From contig OZ255721.1 of the NCBI GenBank assembly GCA_965277285.1, forward strand, positions 1,344,001 through 1,408,000: a stretch of 64,000 nucleotides of DNA. Reading direction: 5' to 3'. The notes under the pieces were generated by a model that saw only the letters and a program-made list of their open reading frames with translations, did not search any database and was not told the origin of the DNA. Position 1 is the stretch's first letter. The number at the start of each line of letters is the position of its first letter. A program made the position numbers and the translations under genes. Origin of the DNA: Abditibacteriaceae bacterium (GTDB lineage: Bacteria; Armatimonadota; Abditibacteriia; Abditibacteriales; Abditibacteriaceae). Shown piece after piece: positions 19,534-29,182 of the stretch.

Positions 19534-20445
19534 TCATGATGCGCTTGCACCGTTACGACCGGCACTTGCGAAACGACCTTCGCGTTCATCCGACGAAGTT
19601 TGCGGCTGTTCCGGCAGCATCGAACGCAGTTTGTCAATCAAGGCTGAGGCTTCGCTTTTGGTCATCTGCGAGATCGGCTTGTCCACCAAACGTGCCATTT
19701 CTTCTTTGGTGTTCTTGCCGAAAACCTTGTTGGCGATGGCAAGTATCGCCCCGCGCTGCGCTTCCGTCAAGACGTTGGAGTTCGCCGTGCCATTTGCGAT
19801 GTGTTCGTCGCGCACTTCACGCGCCGGAGCAAAGCCGTTTCGAGTACTCGAATGCGATGCCGATGCTTCTCCGCGCGCCGTCGAAGCCGCCACCGCTCGC
19901 TCGTAACGCGCGTTGTCTTCGCGCTCCACGCGCTCGATTTCCATGTCTTCCAAATCTTGCGTGAAGATGCCGCTGGCGCGCGTCGCACTCAACGTCGCAT
20001 CAATCAAAGCACGCTTTTTCGCCATCTTCAAAATCGTGTTGGCGATATTGGCGGCGTCCTGATTCTTGTAGCGACGCTCGCGGCTGTTGCAGTTGCCGAT
20101 GCCTTCAGCTTCGATGTTCGTGGTGCGCTTGTTGAGCAACGTGACCTTGATTTCATACGCCACGAAACCCTTGTCCCAATCTTCCACGCGATTGGTGATT
20201 TCGACAATCGGCGCTAATCCGAAGATCGCGTTCAACTTTTCGGCACCCGCCTTGAACAACGTCGGCTTGGTGCTGGTGCCCGGAATCACGCCGTAATCTT
20301 CGCCTTCTGTCATGTGCGCGCGTACAAACTCGCCCAGCATCTTGATGCGCGCGCCCGCTTCTTCCAGCGTCACCGCAAAATCGGGGAACACATCGGGCGC
20401 ATCGGAGTCGCGTTCGTGGGTCGTCGGTTGGTTGTGGTTCGTCAT
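19534..20445 (-). CDS. Phage-like protein, probable single-strand annealing recombinase
   Basis: KPTLFKAGAEKL and NTILKMAKKRALIDA resemble phage annealing-protein families; family call is inference. Confidence 0.5.
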   Translation of the reverse strand: MTNHNQPTTHERDSDAPDVFPDFAVTLEEAGARIKMLGEFVRAHMTEGEDYGVIPGTSTKPTLFKAGAEKLNAIFGLAPIVEITNRVEDWDKGFVAYEIKVTLLNKRTTNIEAEGIGNCNSRERRYKNQDAANIANTILKMAKKRALIDATLSATRASGIFTQDLEDMEIERVEREDNARYERAVAASTARGEASASHSSTRNGFAPAREVRDEHIANGTANSNVLTEAQRGAILAIANKVFGKNTKEEMARLVDKPISQMTKSEASALIDKLRSMLPEQPQTSSDEREGRFASAGRNGASAS

Positions 20446-20594
20446 AATATTCAAACTCCTTTTTGCTGCCTTTTCAGACGGATTTGACTCCAACTCGTTC
20501 CTTCATTGAAACGAATGAAAACATACAATCTATTATAACGCACTGTGAAAAAAGCGCAAGTGCACGCTTCTCGTGCGTGATTTTCAGACGCGCA

Positions 20595-20636
20595 AAAGCC
20601 CGCTTTCGAGTACTCGATTCTCGAAATGCGGGCTTT
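20595..20636 (-). terminator. tRNA-Met terminator containing the 12-bp palindrome
   Basis: AAAGCCCGC-TTTCGAG...CTCGAAA-T-GCGGGCTTT. Confidence 0.65.
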
Positions 20637-20646
20637 AATTTATCAA

Positions 20647-20720
20647 TAGCGGGAAAGGGACTTGAACCCCTGACCTACGGCTTATGAAGCCGCCGCTCTA
20701 ACCAACTGAGCTACCCCGCC
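20647..20720 (-). tRNA. tRNA-Met (CAT), probably elongator
   Basis: GGCGGGGTAGCTCAG...CGGC-TTCATAA-GCCG...GGTTCAAGTCC; no encoded CCA. Confidence 0.9.
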
Positions 20721-20836
20721 GAAGGAAATGATGAATGATGAATACGGAATAATGAATGCGCTTTAAATCGTTGCACAACGCAATTGAGTACTCGAAGTGC
20801 GAGCCTCATTCATCATTCCGTATTCATCATTCATCA

Positions 20837-21043
20837 TTACGAATTGTCCTGCTGCTGACGGCGCTTCTTTTTCTTCTTCTTTTGTTTCTTTTGCTTGCGC
20901 TCTTCGATTTTGCGGCGGCGCTCGGCGTGTTCAAAACGGATGGCGTCGCCCATCTGACCGTCGAGTTGTTCCAACGGCGCGAAATCCAGGGCTTGCAAAC
21001 GGGGCAAATCGATAGCTGGCATACGGAAAGTTTCCTCGGACAA
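20837..21043 (-). CDS. Small basic hypothetical protein
   Basis: 68 aa with Lys/Arg-rich C-terminus, directly under a consensus promoter. Confidence 0.5.
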   Translation of the reverse strand: MSEETFRMPAIDLPRLQALDFAPLEQLDGQMGDAIRFEHAERRRKIEERKQKKQKKKKKKRRQQQDNS

Positions 21044-21082
21044 ACGTCTTTTTTAATGTTCTTTACAGGATAGACCCGTCGA

Positions 21083-21111
21083 ATTATAACGATTCGAGTA
21101 CTCGATGTCAA
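21083..21111 (-). promoter_or_regulatory. Consensus sigma70 promoter
   Basis: TTGACA-tcgagtactcgaatcgt-TATAAT (17-bp spacer). Confidence 0.85.
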
Positions 21112-23972
21112 CGCATTAACGTCTTTGGCGCGGGCAAATCGTGAAAAATCACTGTTTTGCGCGGCCCTTGCGTGCTTTCCGCCAACAATAAGCGCAGGTT
21201 GAACGATGTCGCTTTCAACGATGGCGGAAGAAAATATAACGCTTTGCCGGAATCGGTGACGCCGCTCGCTCCGAGATTGTGACCGAAATTGTCCGTTCCG
21301 GTGCTTTGCTGGCAATCGACGCGATGTTCGGCGTTCGCCTGAGCGTTGGTGTCGTAGGTAATGGCGATTCTCGTTGGCTGTCCCTTTGTGTTAATCGCGC
21401 GATTCTGGTCATCGAAGCTGCCGCTTTCCACTTTGCGAATAGTAAACCAGGCGCCCGAAGGAAAAGTGACCGTGCGATTGAGCAACCAAGGTTTTCCATG
21501 ACTTGGCAAAGGCAAGTTGCGAAAGTTTACGACGTGAAGATCGCGCTTCTGCGCTTGCAATTCAAGACGCATTTCCAACGCTTTCGGCGTAGGTATTCTT
21601 GTACCGGGATTACCGAAAAAGCTGAAATTGAGATTGATGCCGTTCTCGCCGATTTGCATTGGACGGCCACTTTGCTTCCACTGCGAGCTATGTGTGATGC
21701 TGTCGGTCTGCCAAGTGCTATTGGAACCATCGCTTATCGTCGCTGATGCGACGTTCCAATCCCAGTTGGCGCCGTCTTTGTCGGTGAACCACAAGTGCGT
21801 TTTGTAGTCGTCGCCAAACTTCTTCAAGGAATCCAACGTGACGCGAATGTCGCTCGCGTCGGCAACCGCCACAGGACGACGCGAGTTCATATCGCCCAGC
21901 GAGATTTGGTTTTGCGGCAATTGAAAGCGAAAGCGACGAAACCATTTGTCCTGCTTCAAACTGGGCGCTTCTTCGCTGACTTGAACGCGGATGTTGACGC
22001 TGCGAGATTTGAAGGACGGCAACGCATCCACGTATAAAGTCACGGTGTTGGCGTGGTTTTGCAATAGATCGTCGCTAACCACGCTATAACCGGCGTTCGT
22101 CATCGCTTTTTCACCGTTGCTGCCCACAACACCGTCGCCGAAGTTCATGCTCAACTGAGCCTTCATATCCGGCGTTTGTGCGGGCGCCAAAGTGCGCATA
22201 GACATCAAGACCTTATTTTCATCACCGAGAAATTTACCGCTTTTGGCCGACGACACCGCAATCGCTTCAAGAAAAACGCGCGTGCCGTGCGCCGTTGTGA
22301 AACTACGTCCAACGGGAAGTACCTGATCGCGCTTGCCTGGCAACGGCACATTGTTGAATTGAAGCGTTTCCTCAAACTTGCCGGTCGCACTTGGTGGTGC
22401 GACTGGATTGAGAAACTCGAACTCGACAGGAACCGAACTTTGGCGCGGATCAAGGCCACCAAACTCGATGGAACCTCCAGAATCCCATTCGTAATTGCCG
22501 TTATCGGCACTGCTGTTGGGAAAACCATAATTATCATATCCCCGAATTTGAGTTACATATTGAATCGGAGATTTGCCTTTTGGAAGACGAACCTTTCGGC
22601 TGTCGCTTGTCACTACGTAACGCACCCACAACTCTTTCTGAAAATCGTTGTAAACGCTCGCCGATTCGCGCAGTTTCCATTCGGGAACGCGCCATTTGGC
22701 ATCGAGTACTCGAATCGTCACGCCATTGATGGTTTGACTTTGCGGGCGAAACGGCAAGCGTTTTTCAACAGGCGAATCCTGCCAACGAGCACTCGACAGC
22801 AGCGGCCCAGCGACGATTTCCTGCACATTATCCTGCGCGTCAAAACGCTTCTTTATACCAATGGCACACACAGCGAGCACAATCGCGCCCAATGTCGCCA
22901 AGCTAATCAGCGCGCGCAAAGGACGAGCGACAAATGCGGCGCCTCGTCGTTTTTCGTCTAAGATGCGCCGCACGCGCTGACCCAGCGAAGATTGTCTCGG
23001 CACAACTCCCGCCGCGACAGCGCGTTCACTGGCGCGCAACGTCAATCGCTCCGCCAAATCGAGCAGGCAGCGCGCATAATCGCGTGGAGCGCAGCCGCCA
23101 CGTATAACGGCTTCATCGCAGACATCTTCGGCCACGCGCTCGATTTGGCGACACAGAATCCACAGCAAAGGTTGCGGCCACAAGATCGCGCACAGAACGC
23201 GCGTGGCGCCCATCCACCACAAATCGCGGCGCCGCAAATGCGTCATTTCGTGCAGCAAAACCGCGTGGCGCGATGCGCTATCGAACACGTCTTCGCGCGG
23301 CAAGACAATGGCAGGGCGCCACAAACCCATCAACAAAGGGCTGCGAACTTCTGCGCTTTGCAATAACTGCGGCTGATGCCAGCCATGAACTTCACAAAGC
23401 GACTTCAACGCGTCGTGCCACTCGCCCGACGCAATTCGAGTACTCGAACGTCGCACCCACGCCAAACGTAACGCACACATCGACAGCCATAAAAGCCAAA
23501 GCGCACTTCCCAGAAGCCAGACGCGCGCCACGAGCAGGTAAACGTTTTCCCACGTCGAAAGCGGTGCGGTTTGTTCCTCGACAATCGGCACAACTGGCGT
23601 TTCGGCTGAAACCGATGTTTCGCTAACCGATGTTTCGCTCGGCGGCGCAACTTGCGTTTGCAGAGGCGCCTTCCTCTGCGTTATCGTGGAACGTTTCATC
23701 GTCACAAACGGCGCGGTCAGAATCGATGTAAAAGTTGGTGTAAAAGATGGAGGCGGTATCGAGACATTCCAATGTGTCGGCACGCGCGAAGTCGCAACGG
23801 CTGAAACAATCGTGCATAACGCCACGCCCAAAAGTGCGGCGCGTAAAGCCGTCATTTGCGGCAGCGATCCGCGATGGCGCAACAAACGCGCTCCAAAAAG
23901 TCCCACTGCCAGCACAACCAACGATTGCATCCACAGCGTCGCGCCCACGCGTATTACGTTTTCAACGTTCAT
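21108..23972 (-). CDS. BlaR1/MecR1-like M56 peptidase with large extracytoplasmic domain
   Basis: HEMTH zincin motif, EDVCDE, YARCLL; follows BlaI. Confidence 0.88.
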   Translation of the reverse strand: MNVENVIRVGATLWMQSLVVLAVGLFGARLLRHRGSLPQMTALRAALLGVALCTIVSAVATSRVPTHWNVSIPPPSFTPTFTSILTAPFVTMKRSTITQRKAPLQTQVAPPSETSVSETSVSAETPVVPIVEEQTAPLSTWENVYLLVARVWLLGSALWLLWLSMCALRLAWVRRSSTRIASGEWHDALKSLCEVHGWHQPQLLQSAEVRSPLLMGLWRPAIVLPREDVFDSASRHAVLLHEMTHLRRRDLWWMGATRVLCAILWPQPLLWILCRQIERVAEDVCDEAVIRGGCAPRDYARCLLDLAERLTLRASERAVAAGVVPRQSSLGQRVRRILDEKRRGAAFVARPLRALISLATLGAIVLAVCAIGIKKRFDAQDNVQEIVAGPLLSSARWQDSPVEKRLPFRPQSQTINGVTIRVLDAKWRVPEWKLRESASVYNDFQKELWVRYVVTSDSRKVRLPKGKSPIQYVTQIRGYDNYGFPNSSADNGNYEWDSGGSIEFGGLDPRQSSVPVEFEFLNPVAPPSATGKFEETLQFNNVPLPGKRDQVLPVGRSFTTAHGTRVFLEAIAVSSAKSGKFLGDENKVLMSMRTLAPAQTPDMKAQLSMNFGDGVVGSNGEKAMTNAGYSVVSDDLLQNHANTVTLYVDALPSFKSRSVNIRVQVSEEAPSLKQDKWFRRFRFQLPQNQISLGDMNSRRPVAVADASDIRVTLDSLKKFGDDYKTHLWFTDKDGANWDWNVASATISDGSNSTWQTDSITHSSQWKQSGRPMQIGENGINLNFSFFGNPGTRIPTPKALEMRLELQAQKRDLHVVNFRNLPLPSHGKPWLLNRTVTFPSGAWFTIRKVESGSFDDQNRAINTKGQPTRIAITYDTNAQANAEHRVDCQQSTGTDNFGHNLGASGVTDSGKALYFLPPSLKATSFNLRLLLAESTQGPRKTVIFHDLPAPKTLMR

Positions 23973-24355
23973 TGCGCCTCCTCGATCAGTTGCCGCAACT
24001 GCGCCATTTCTTCCGGCGAAATCGTTTCGTGCTTCAACAAATGCGCGACAAGTCCCGACACCGACGAATGAAAAACGCGCGACAACAAATCGTGCGTCGC
24101 GCTCGTCGCTACCGCGCTTTCCTCGTGCATCGCGCGGAATACGAAAGTGCGCCCTGCGGATTGGTGCGTCACGGCGCCTTTTTCTTCCAGCTTGCGCAAC
24201 AACGTTTGCACCGTGCTATGTGCAATCACAGTTTTCGATTGGCGATTTAACTCGTCGGTGATTTCGCGCGCCGTCGCGCCGCCCTTCGCCCACAACACTT
24301 GCATAATCTGCAACTGCACGCGCCCCAACTTCGGCGTTTTCAATTCCTTGCTCAT
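23969..24355 (-). CDS. BlaI/MecI/CopY family repressor
   Basis: LQIMQVLW, STVQTLLRKLEEKG. Confidence 0.9.
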   Translation of the reverse strand: MSKELKTPKLGRVQLQIMQVLWAKGGATAREITDELNRQSKTVIAHSTVQTLLRKLEEKGAVTHQSAGRTFVFRAMHEESAVATSATHDLLSRVFHSSVSGLVAHLLKHETISPEEMAQLRQLIEEAQ

Positions 24356-24377
24356 AAATGCTCCATTTACCGGATTA

Positions 24378-24406
24378 AATCTACCTTAGTAGACTATAGT
24401 TGTCAA
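24378..24406 (-). promoter_or_regulatory. Promoter of blaI-like gene with overlapping operator
   Basis: TTGACA-N17-TAGATT; dyad TCTAC-CTTA-GTAGA at 24380-24393. Confidence 0.65.
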
Positions 24407-24506
24407 GGACGAATCGAGTACTCGAAATCGGCCATTTGGCTGACCAAGCGTGGTTTGTCGTTGTGATAAAATGAGCGACGCAAATTTACGAAAACGAGGA
24501 TGAATT

Positions 24507-25490
24507 ATGAAAGACGCAGTTCATGTGGCGATAACGGGCGCGGCGGGGCAAATTGGTTACGCTTTGGCGTTTCGTGTGGCGTCGGGGCAAATGTTTGGCA
24601 GCGACACGCCGGTTGTTTTGCACCTGATTGAAATCGAGCCTGGAATGGCGGCGCTGCAAGGCGTCGTGATGGAGTTGGATGATTGCGCGTTTCCGTTGTT
24701 GCAGGGCATCGTTCCCACGTCAGACTTGAGCGAAGGATTCAAGGGCGTCAATTGGGCGTTGCTAATTGGTAGCGTGCCGCGCAAAGCGGGCATGGAGCGT
24801 GGCGATTTGCTGGGCATCAACGGCAAGATTTTCACGGGACAAGGCCAGGCAATTCAAAACAACGCGGCGAGCGATGTTCGAGTACTCGTTGTCGGCAATC
24901 CGTGCAACACCAACTGTTTGATTGCGATGAGCAACGCGCCCGATGTGCCGCGCGACCGTTGGTTCGCCATGACGCGACTGGATGAGAATCGCGCTAAAAC
25001 GCAACTGGCGAAGAAAGCCAGCGTGACTGTCAACGATGTCGACCGCGTGACGATCTGGGGCAACCATTCGGCGACGCAGTTTCCCGATTTCACCAATGCG
25101 CGCATCAAAGGCCAAAGCGCAGCGCAAGTGATCGGCGACGAAGCGTATTTACGTGATGAATTTATTCCGACAGTCCAAAAACGTGGTGCGGCGATTATCG
25201 CAGCGCGTGGTGCGAGTTCGGCAGGTTCGGCGGCCAATGCGATTGTAGACAGTGTTGTTTCGCTGACAACGCCGACGCAGGGCGACGATTGGCACAGCGT
25301 TTGTCTGGTTTCCGATGGCAGCTACGGCATCGAAGAAGGCTTGATTTGCTCGTTCCCGACGCGCTGTGATGGACAGAAAATCGAAATCATGCAAAACGTG
25401 CCGCTGGATGCGTTCAGCCGCGAGAAAGTGGACGCATCGGTGAAGGAGTTGCAGGAAGAAAAAGCGTTGGTGCAAGATTTGTTGCCGTAA
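24507..25490 (+). CDS. mdh: Malate dehydrogenase
   Basis: [28 protein letters not shown]. Confidence 0.96.
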   Translation: MKDAVHVAITGAAGQIGYALAFRVASGQMFGSDTPVVLHLIEIEPGMAALQGVVMELDDCAFPLLQGIVPTSDLSEGFKGVNWALLIGSVPRKAGMERGDLLGINGKIFTGQGQAIQNNAASDVRVLVVGNPCNTNCLIAMSNAPDVPRDRWFAMTRLDENRAKTQLAKKASVTVNDVDRVTIWGNHSATQFPDFTNARIKGQSAAQVIGDEAYLRDEFIPTVQKRGAAIIAARGASSAGSAANAIVDSVVSLTTPTQGDDWHSVCLVSDGSYGIEEGLICSFPTRCDGQKIEIMQNVPLDAFSREKVDASVKELQEEKALVQDLLP

Positions 25491-25524
25491 TTTTTGTGCA
25501 TTTTACATGTCGTTAGAAAACAAG

Positions 25525-25560
25525 AAAGCGTCCTTTTCGAGTACTCGAAAAGGACGCTTT
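25525..25560. terminator. Bidirectional terminator: perfect 36-bp palindrome centred on TCGAGTACTCGA
   Basis: AAAGCGTCCTTT-TCGAGTACTCGA-AAAGGACGCTTT between convergent genes. Confidence 0.75.
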
Positions 25561-25590
25561 GCTTTGCGTTGCCCGACCACATATCGAAAC

Positions 25591-25752
25591 TCAGGTACCG
25601 GTGTCAGCAGTGGCTGGCTTGGCGCCCGAGTTGGTGACAGCAGGTGCGTTGCTGTCATCTTCGCTCTTACTACCACAGCCGACCATCAACGCGCTGCACA
25701 TAACCGCGCCAGCAACCATCAAAACAACAAAGCGGCTTGTCCAATTCTTCAT
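25591..25752 (-). CDS. 53-aa micro-lipoprotein (absent from ORF track)
   Basis: MKNWTSRFVVLMVAGAVMCSALMVGC|GSKSEDD...; AGGAG RBS; paralog of the upstream gene. Confidence 0.75.
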   Translation of the reverse strand: MKNWTSRFVVLMVAGAVMCSALMVGCGSKSEDDSNAPAVTNSGAKPATADTGT

Positions 25753-25829
25753 TATGTTCTCCTTGAAATATACGTCGCAGTTTGTTTACTCGAATAAGAC
25801 GATCTTTACAACTATGCCTGTCAAGAGCC

Positions 25830-26015
25830 TTACGAAGTTCCAGCAGCAACAGGAGGAGCAGCATTGCCCTTGCTGGGCATATTGTTGACGGCAGGCGCCG
25901 AGCCGGACGTCGCAGTGCCGTCGCTGTTACCGCCGCCACAGCCGACCATCAACGCGCTGCACATAATTGCGCCAGCAACCATCAAAACGACAAAACGGCT
26001 CGTCCAATTCTTCAT
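25830..26015 (-). CDS. 61-aa micro-lipoprotein
   Basis: Near-identical signal peptide, lipobox MVGC, GAGGAG RBS. Confidence 0.75.
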   Translation of the reverse strand: MKNWTSRFVVLMVAGAIMCSALMVGCGGGNSDGTATSGSAPAVNNMPSKGNAAPPVAAGTS

Positions 26016-26090
26016 TGTGTTCTCCTCGAAATATACGTCGTCAGCTTGTGTGGGGCAAATTACAAACCGACTGTTTAGCAATCGATCCGT

Positions 26091-28523
26091 TTAGAACGAT
26101 TGCGCTAAACCAAATTCAATGCGGCTCTGACGTGTTTGCACAATCGACTGGGGTTGAGTACTAGACCCAACGCCGGTATGAACATTCAGGTATCGACCAT
26201 AAAGTGTCATGCTGTGCGAAAGGTTATAGGCGGCGCGGAGACGGAAAACTTGTTGGCGCCCTATAGTGGGATCTTCGTTGTTTTTGTCGGTGAATTCAAA
26301 GCCTCCACTCAGGCTCAAGCGCTTGATTGGCTTCGCGTAAACCGTGAAGCGGAAGCTGTCGGCACCGCCATGTCCCGTTGCGCCAGGTTGTGCCGTATTG
26401 GGATAACCCAGCGAGTCGCCGTGCTGGAAGTAGTTGTAATCGAAGTCCTGATCGAAAGTATAAACCTGCGCGAAATAAGTACGTCCGCCCAGCGTCGTAT
26501 ATTCGAAGTAAGTCCCCAATCGCGTTGGGTCGTCAGGCGTATAAAGATGAACACCCAACAAGCTGCCCAAGCGGTTACGCGTCAGGTTGTTCGTCGTGGT
26601 TGCAATATCGTCCAGCAAAAACTCTCCGTAAACTTGGGCGCCGCGTGCCATGCTTGTTTCAGCATAAACCTCATACAACGAGTTGGTGTTTTTGCCATTG
26701 CCAACGCCGTTCAGGCCGCGCGCATGCTGCAAAAACGAAAGAGGCACAGGAATCGGTGATAGCGTGCTGGCGACATCAATTGCATCAAAAGTTCTTTTTG
26801 GCGTCAGCAAGCTTTCAGCAAATCCAACACGTGTTTGCTGCCCCAACTTGAATTGGAAATTACGGCTATACAAAGCACGATCGCCACCGGATGGCCCATG
26901 CCCGAGCAACGCGTAAACGCCGTCATATTGGAAAGAACCGCGCTTTAGCTGAGTATGAACCGAGTTCAGGCCGCCCGCGTTATCGCTGAGCAATAACGTG
27001 CCATAATGCCCCGGGCCAAACCAGTACTCGTCTTTGCCCACATTGATAGTCAGACCGCGCGCGATATTGCTCGCGTTGTAAGACAAAACCGCGCGACGCA
27101 GAACGACATTGGAATTATCGCTGTTGTCCAGGTTGGTCGTCGCATCCACGGTCGAGTAAAAGCTCAAGCGCTTGCTGATGTTGCCGAACAAGTTCAAGCG
27201 CGCATCAACGCCGCTCTTCAAACGAATATCGCCCTGGGGCTCGCTAAAGGGCAACAGGAAATTGCCGTGCCCGCTGACCACGCTGGCGCGCAACACGCCC
27301 GAATAACCCAGGCTGAACCCATCGCTGGTGCCGACCTTGGCTATTTTTTCAGGATCAACCTTCAATGCCGCAAGTTCATCGCTGTAGTTGCGCACCAGCA
27401 TACCGAGCGCCGCGCGATTGCGCCCGCTCACGTCGTCGCCTGCGTTGCTAAGGGCTTCGCGCACGAAACCAGCAATTTGAGCGCGCGTAAAATTGATGTC
27501 GTTTTCCGTGCGATGGCGCAAGATACCGTCGTCTTCAAACGTATCGGCGGGCTGGCTTTTGATTAAACCAGACGTCGCCAGACCTGCCAGCAGTTCGTAG
27601 GTGTAATCAGCGCGCGGCACCACCGCATTCGACGCGCCTGTTTCGTAGGGCACGGGAGCGGCTGGCACCGGCTCGACGGTTTTGCCATTGTCAATCAAGG
27701 TCCCTTCGCCAGCGACATTGGCCGGGCTGGTGCTTTCAATGCGAATCGTGTCGCCAACGGCGAGCGGCTGCGCTGCATCGTCCTGCCAGGTAATAACGGC
27801 CATGCTGTCATACGTCGACGAACTGGCAATGCGCAAAATCGCTGCGACGCTACCGTTGCGCCACACTGGAACATTGACGCCTGTCCGAATGCCGGATTGC
27901 AAACCGGAATTCAAAGTCACATTCTTACCATCTATCGCTGTGATACGCGCATCAATATAACCGGAGGAAACTGGCGCAGTTCCTGCACCGCTGCCGTTTC
28001 CAGTACTCGATGTTCCCGTGCTCAAGGGCTGCGTGGGCGGCAAAGTGGTTGTTCCAGTCGCGGGAGCCACCGGCGTCGGCTGCATGTCTGGCGTCGGTTG
28101 CGGCGTCGGCACCGGAGTGGGCGCCGGAGTTGGTGTCGCTTCAACGGGCACTTCGTAGGTGAAGTAACGCGCCGTATCGCCAACCGTGACTTGATAATCG
28201 TCCTGCACGTCGAACACAGTCGCGCCGCTTTGTTCGGGAGTCACTTCGACCACACGAAGCTTGGCGCGCACGATGCCGCCGCGCGAAATGGTGAAAATCG
28301 AGCCGGGACGAAAACCGGCGTTCGCGCCTTCGCTGAGCATCACCATATCGCCGCGCAGCGAAGTCACAGCGACTTCATCGACTGTCGGCGCAGCAATATT
28401 GGAAGCGGGAGTTTGCGCTCTCACTGGCGCAGGCGCGACAGCCAACATCGCAGCGGCGCAAAGGATGGAAACAGGAACGGCGTGGCGAAAACGAGAAGGA
28501 ATCGTGCGGCGAATAAAACGCAT
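26091..28523 (-). CDS. Exported/outer-membrane protein with Wzi-like C-terminal barrel
   Basis: Signal peptide, Pro/Thr linker, WFGPGHYGTLLLSDNA, terminal Phe. Confidence 0.6.
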   Translation of the reverse strand: MRFIRRTIPSRFRHAVPVSILCAAAMLAVAPAPVRAQTPASNIAAPTVDEVAVTSLRGDMVMLSEGANAGFRPGSIFTISRGGIVRAKLRVVEVTPEQSGATVFDVQDDYQVTVGDTARYFTYEVPVEATPTPAPTPVPTPQPTPDMQPTPVAPATGTTTLPPTQPLSTGTSSTGNGSGAGTAPVSSGYIDARITAIDGKNVTLNSGLQSGIRTGVNVPVWRNGSVAAILRIASSSTYDSMAVITWQDDAAQPLAVGDTIRIESTSPANVAGEGTLIDNGKTVEPVPAAPVPYETGASNAVVPRADYTYELLAGLATSGLIKSQPADTFEDDGILRHRTENDINFTRAQIAGFVREALSNAGDDVSGRNRAALGMLVRNYSDELAALKVDPEKIAKVGTSDGFSLGYSGVLRASVVSGHGNFLLPFSEPQGDIRLKSGVDARLNLFGNISKRLSFYSTVDATTNLDNSDNSNVVLRRAVLSYNASNIARGLTINVGKDEYWFGPGHYGTLLLSDNAGGLNSVHTQLKRGSFQYDGVYALLGHGPSGGDRALYSRNFQFKLGQQTRVGFAESLLTPKRTFDAIDVASTLSPIPVPLSFLQHARGLNGVGNGKNTNSLYEVYAETSMARGAQVYGEFLLDDIATTTNNLTRNRLGSLLGVHLYTPDDPTRLGTYFEYTTLGGRTYFAQVYTFDQDFDYNYFQHGDSLGYPNTAQPGATGHGGADSFRFTVYAKPIKRLSLSGGFEFTDKNNEDPTIGRQQVFRLRAAYNLSHSMTLYGRYLNVHTGVGSSTQPQSIVQTRQSRIEFGLAQSF

Positions 28524-28596
28524 GAATGGTTCCTGAAACGACTAAAATTTCTGCAAAAAAGGTTGTTTTTGTCTGGTTCGAGTACTCGATGTCAAT

Positions 28597-28992
28597 TCAA
28601 CTTGAGGAAGGCGGCGAAGAATTTTCGCTTTTGGTAGGCGCTTTGTCCGTGGTCGCAGCGCTTGTTCCCGCAGCCGATGTTTTCTCGGAAGCCGATGACG
28701 CGGCAGATTCTTTCGCACTTGACTCTTTAGCGCTCGCGTCAGCGTTCGCGTCCTTATCGGAAGCAGCAGTGCTGCCGCTGGATTTCGCGGACGCGGAATT
28801 TCCAGCTTTTTCGGCGCGCAAATCGGTGACGTAAAAGCCGCTGCCCTTAAAAATGACGCGCGGCGGATGAAACACTTTTTTGACCGTTGCGCCACATTCG
28901 GGGCAAGCTGGCGCCGCGGCACCGACTTCCTGCCAGATTTCAAAAACGTGCTGGCACGCCGTACATTGATACTCGTAGTTGGGCAACGTCAT
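28597..28992 (-). CDS. FmdB family zinc-ribbon protein
   Basis: PNYEYQCTAC...CPECG...FKGSGFYVTD. Confidence 0.88.
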   Translation of the reverse strand: MTLPNYEYQCTACQHVFEIWQEVGAAAPACPECGATVKKVFHPPRVIFKGSGFYVTDLRAEKAGNSASAKSSGSTAASDKDANADASAKESSAKESAASSASEKTSAAGTSAATTDKAPTKSENSSPPSSS

Positions 28993-29182
28993 TCCTCCAC
29001 GACTCGATGCAACCCGGATGAGCGTGTCTCGTCTCGGTTTGCTCGATTCGTCACGCCATTATAACCGATTCGTACAACATCTGGCTACCATTCAAACGAT
29101 GCGCCACTAAATATTAGCATTATCAATAAGATTTGGCGTCTCATAGCTTTCCTGAGCCGCTTTCGAGTACTCGTTTGAGCAT

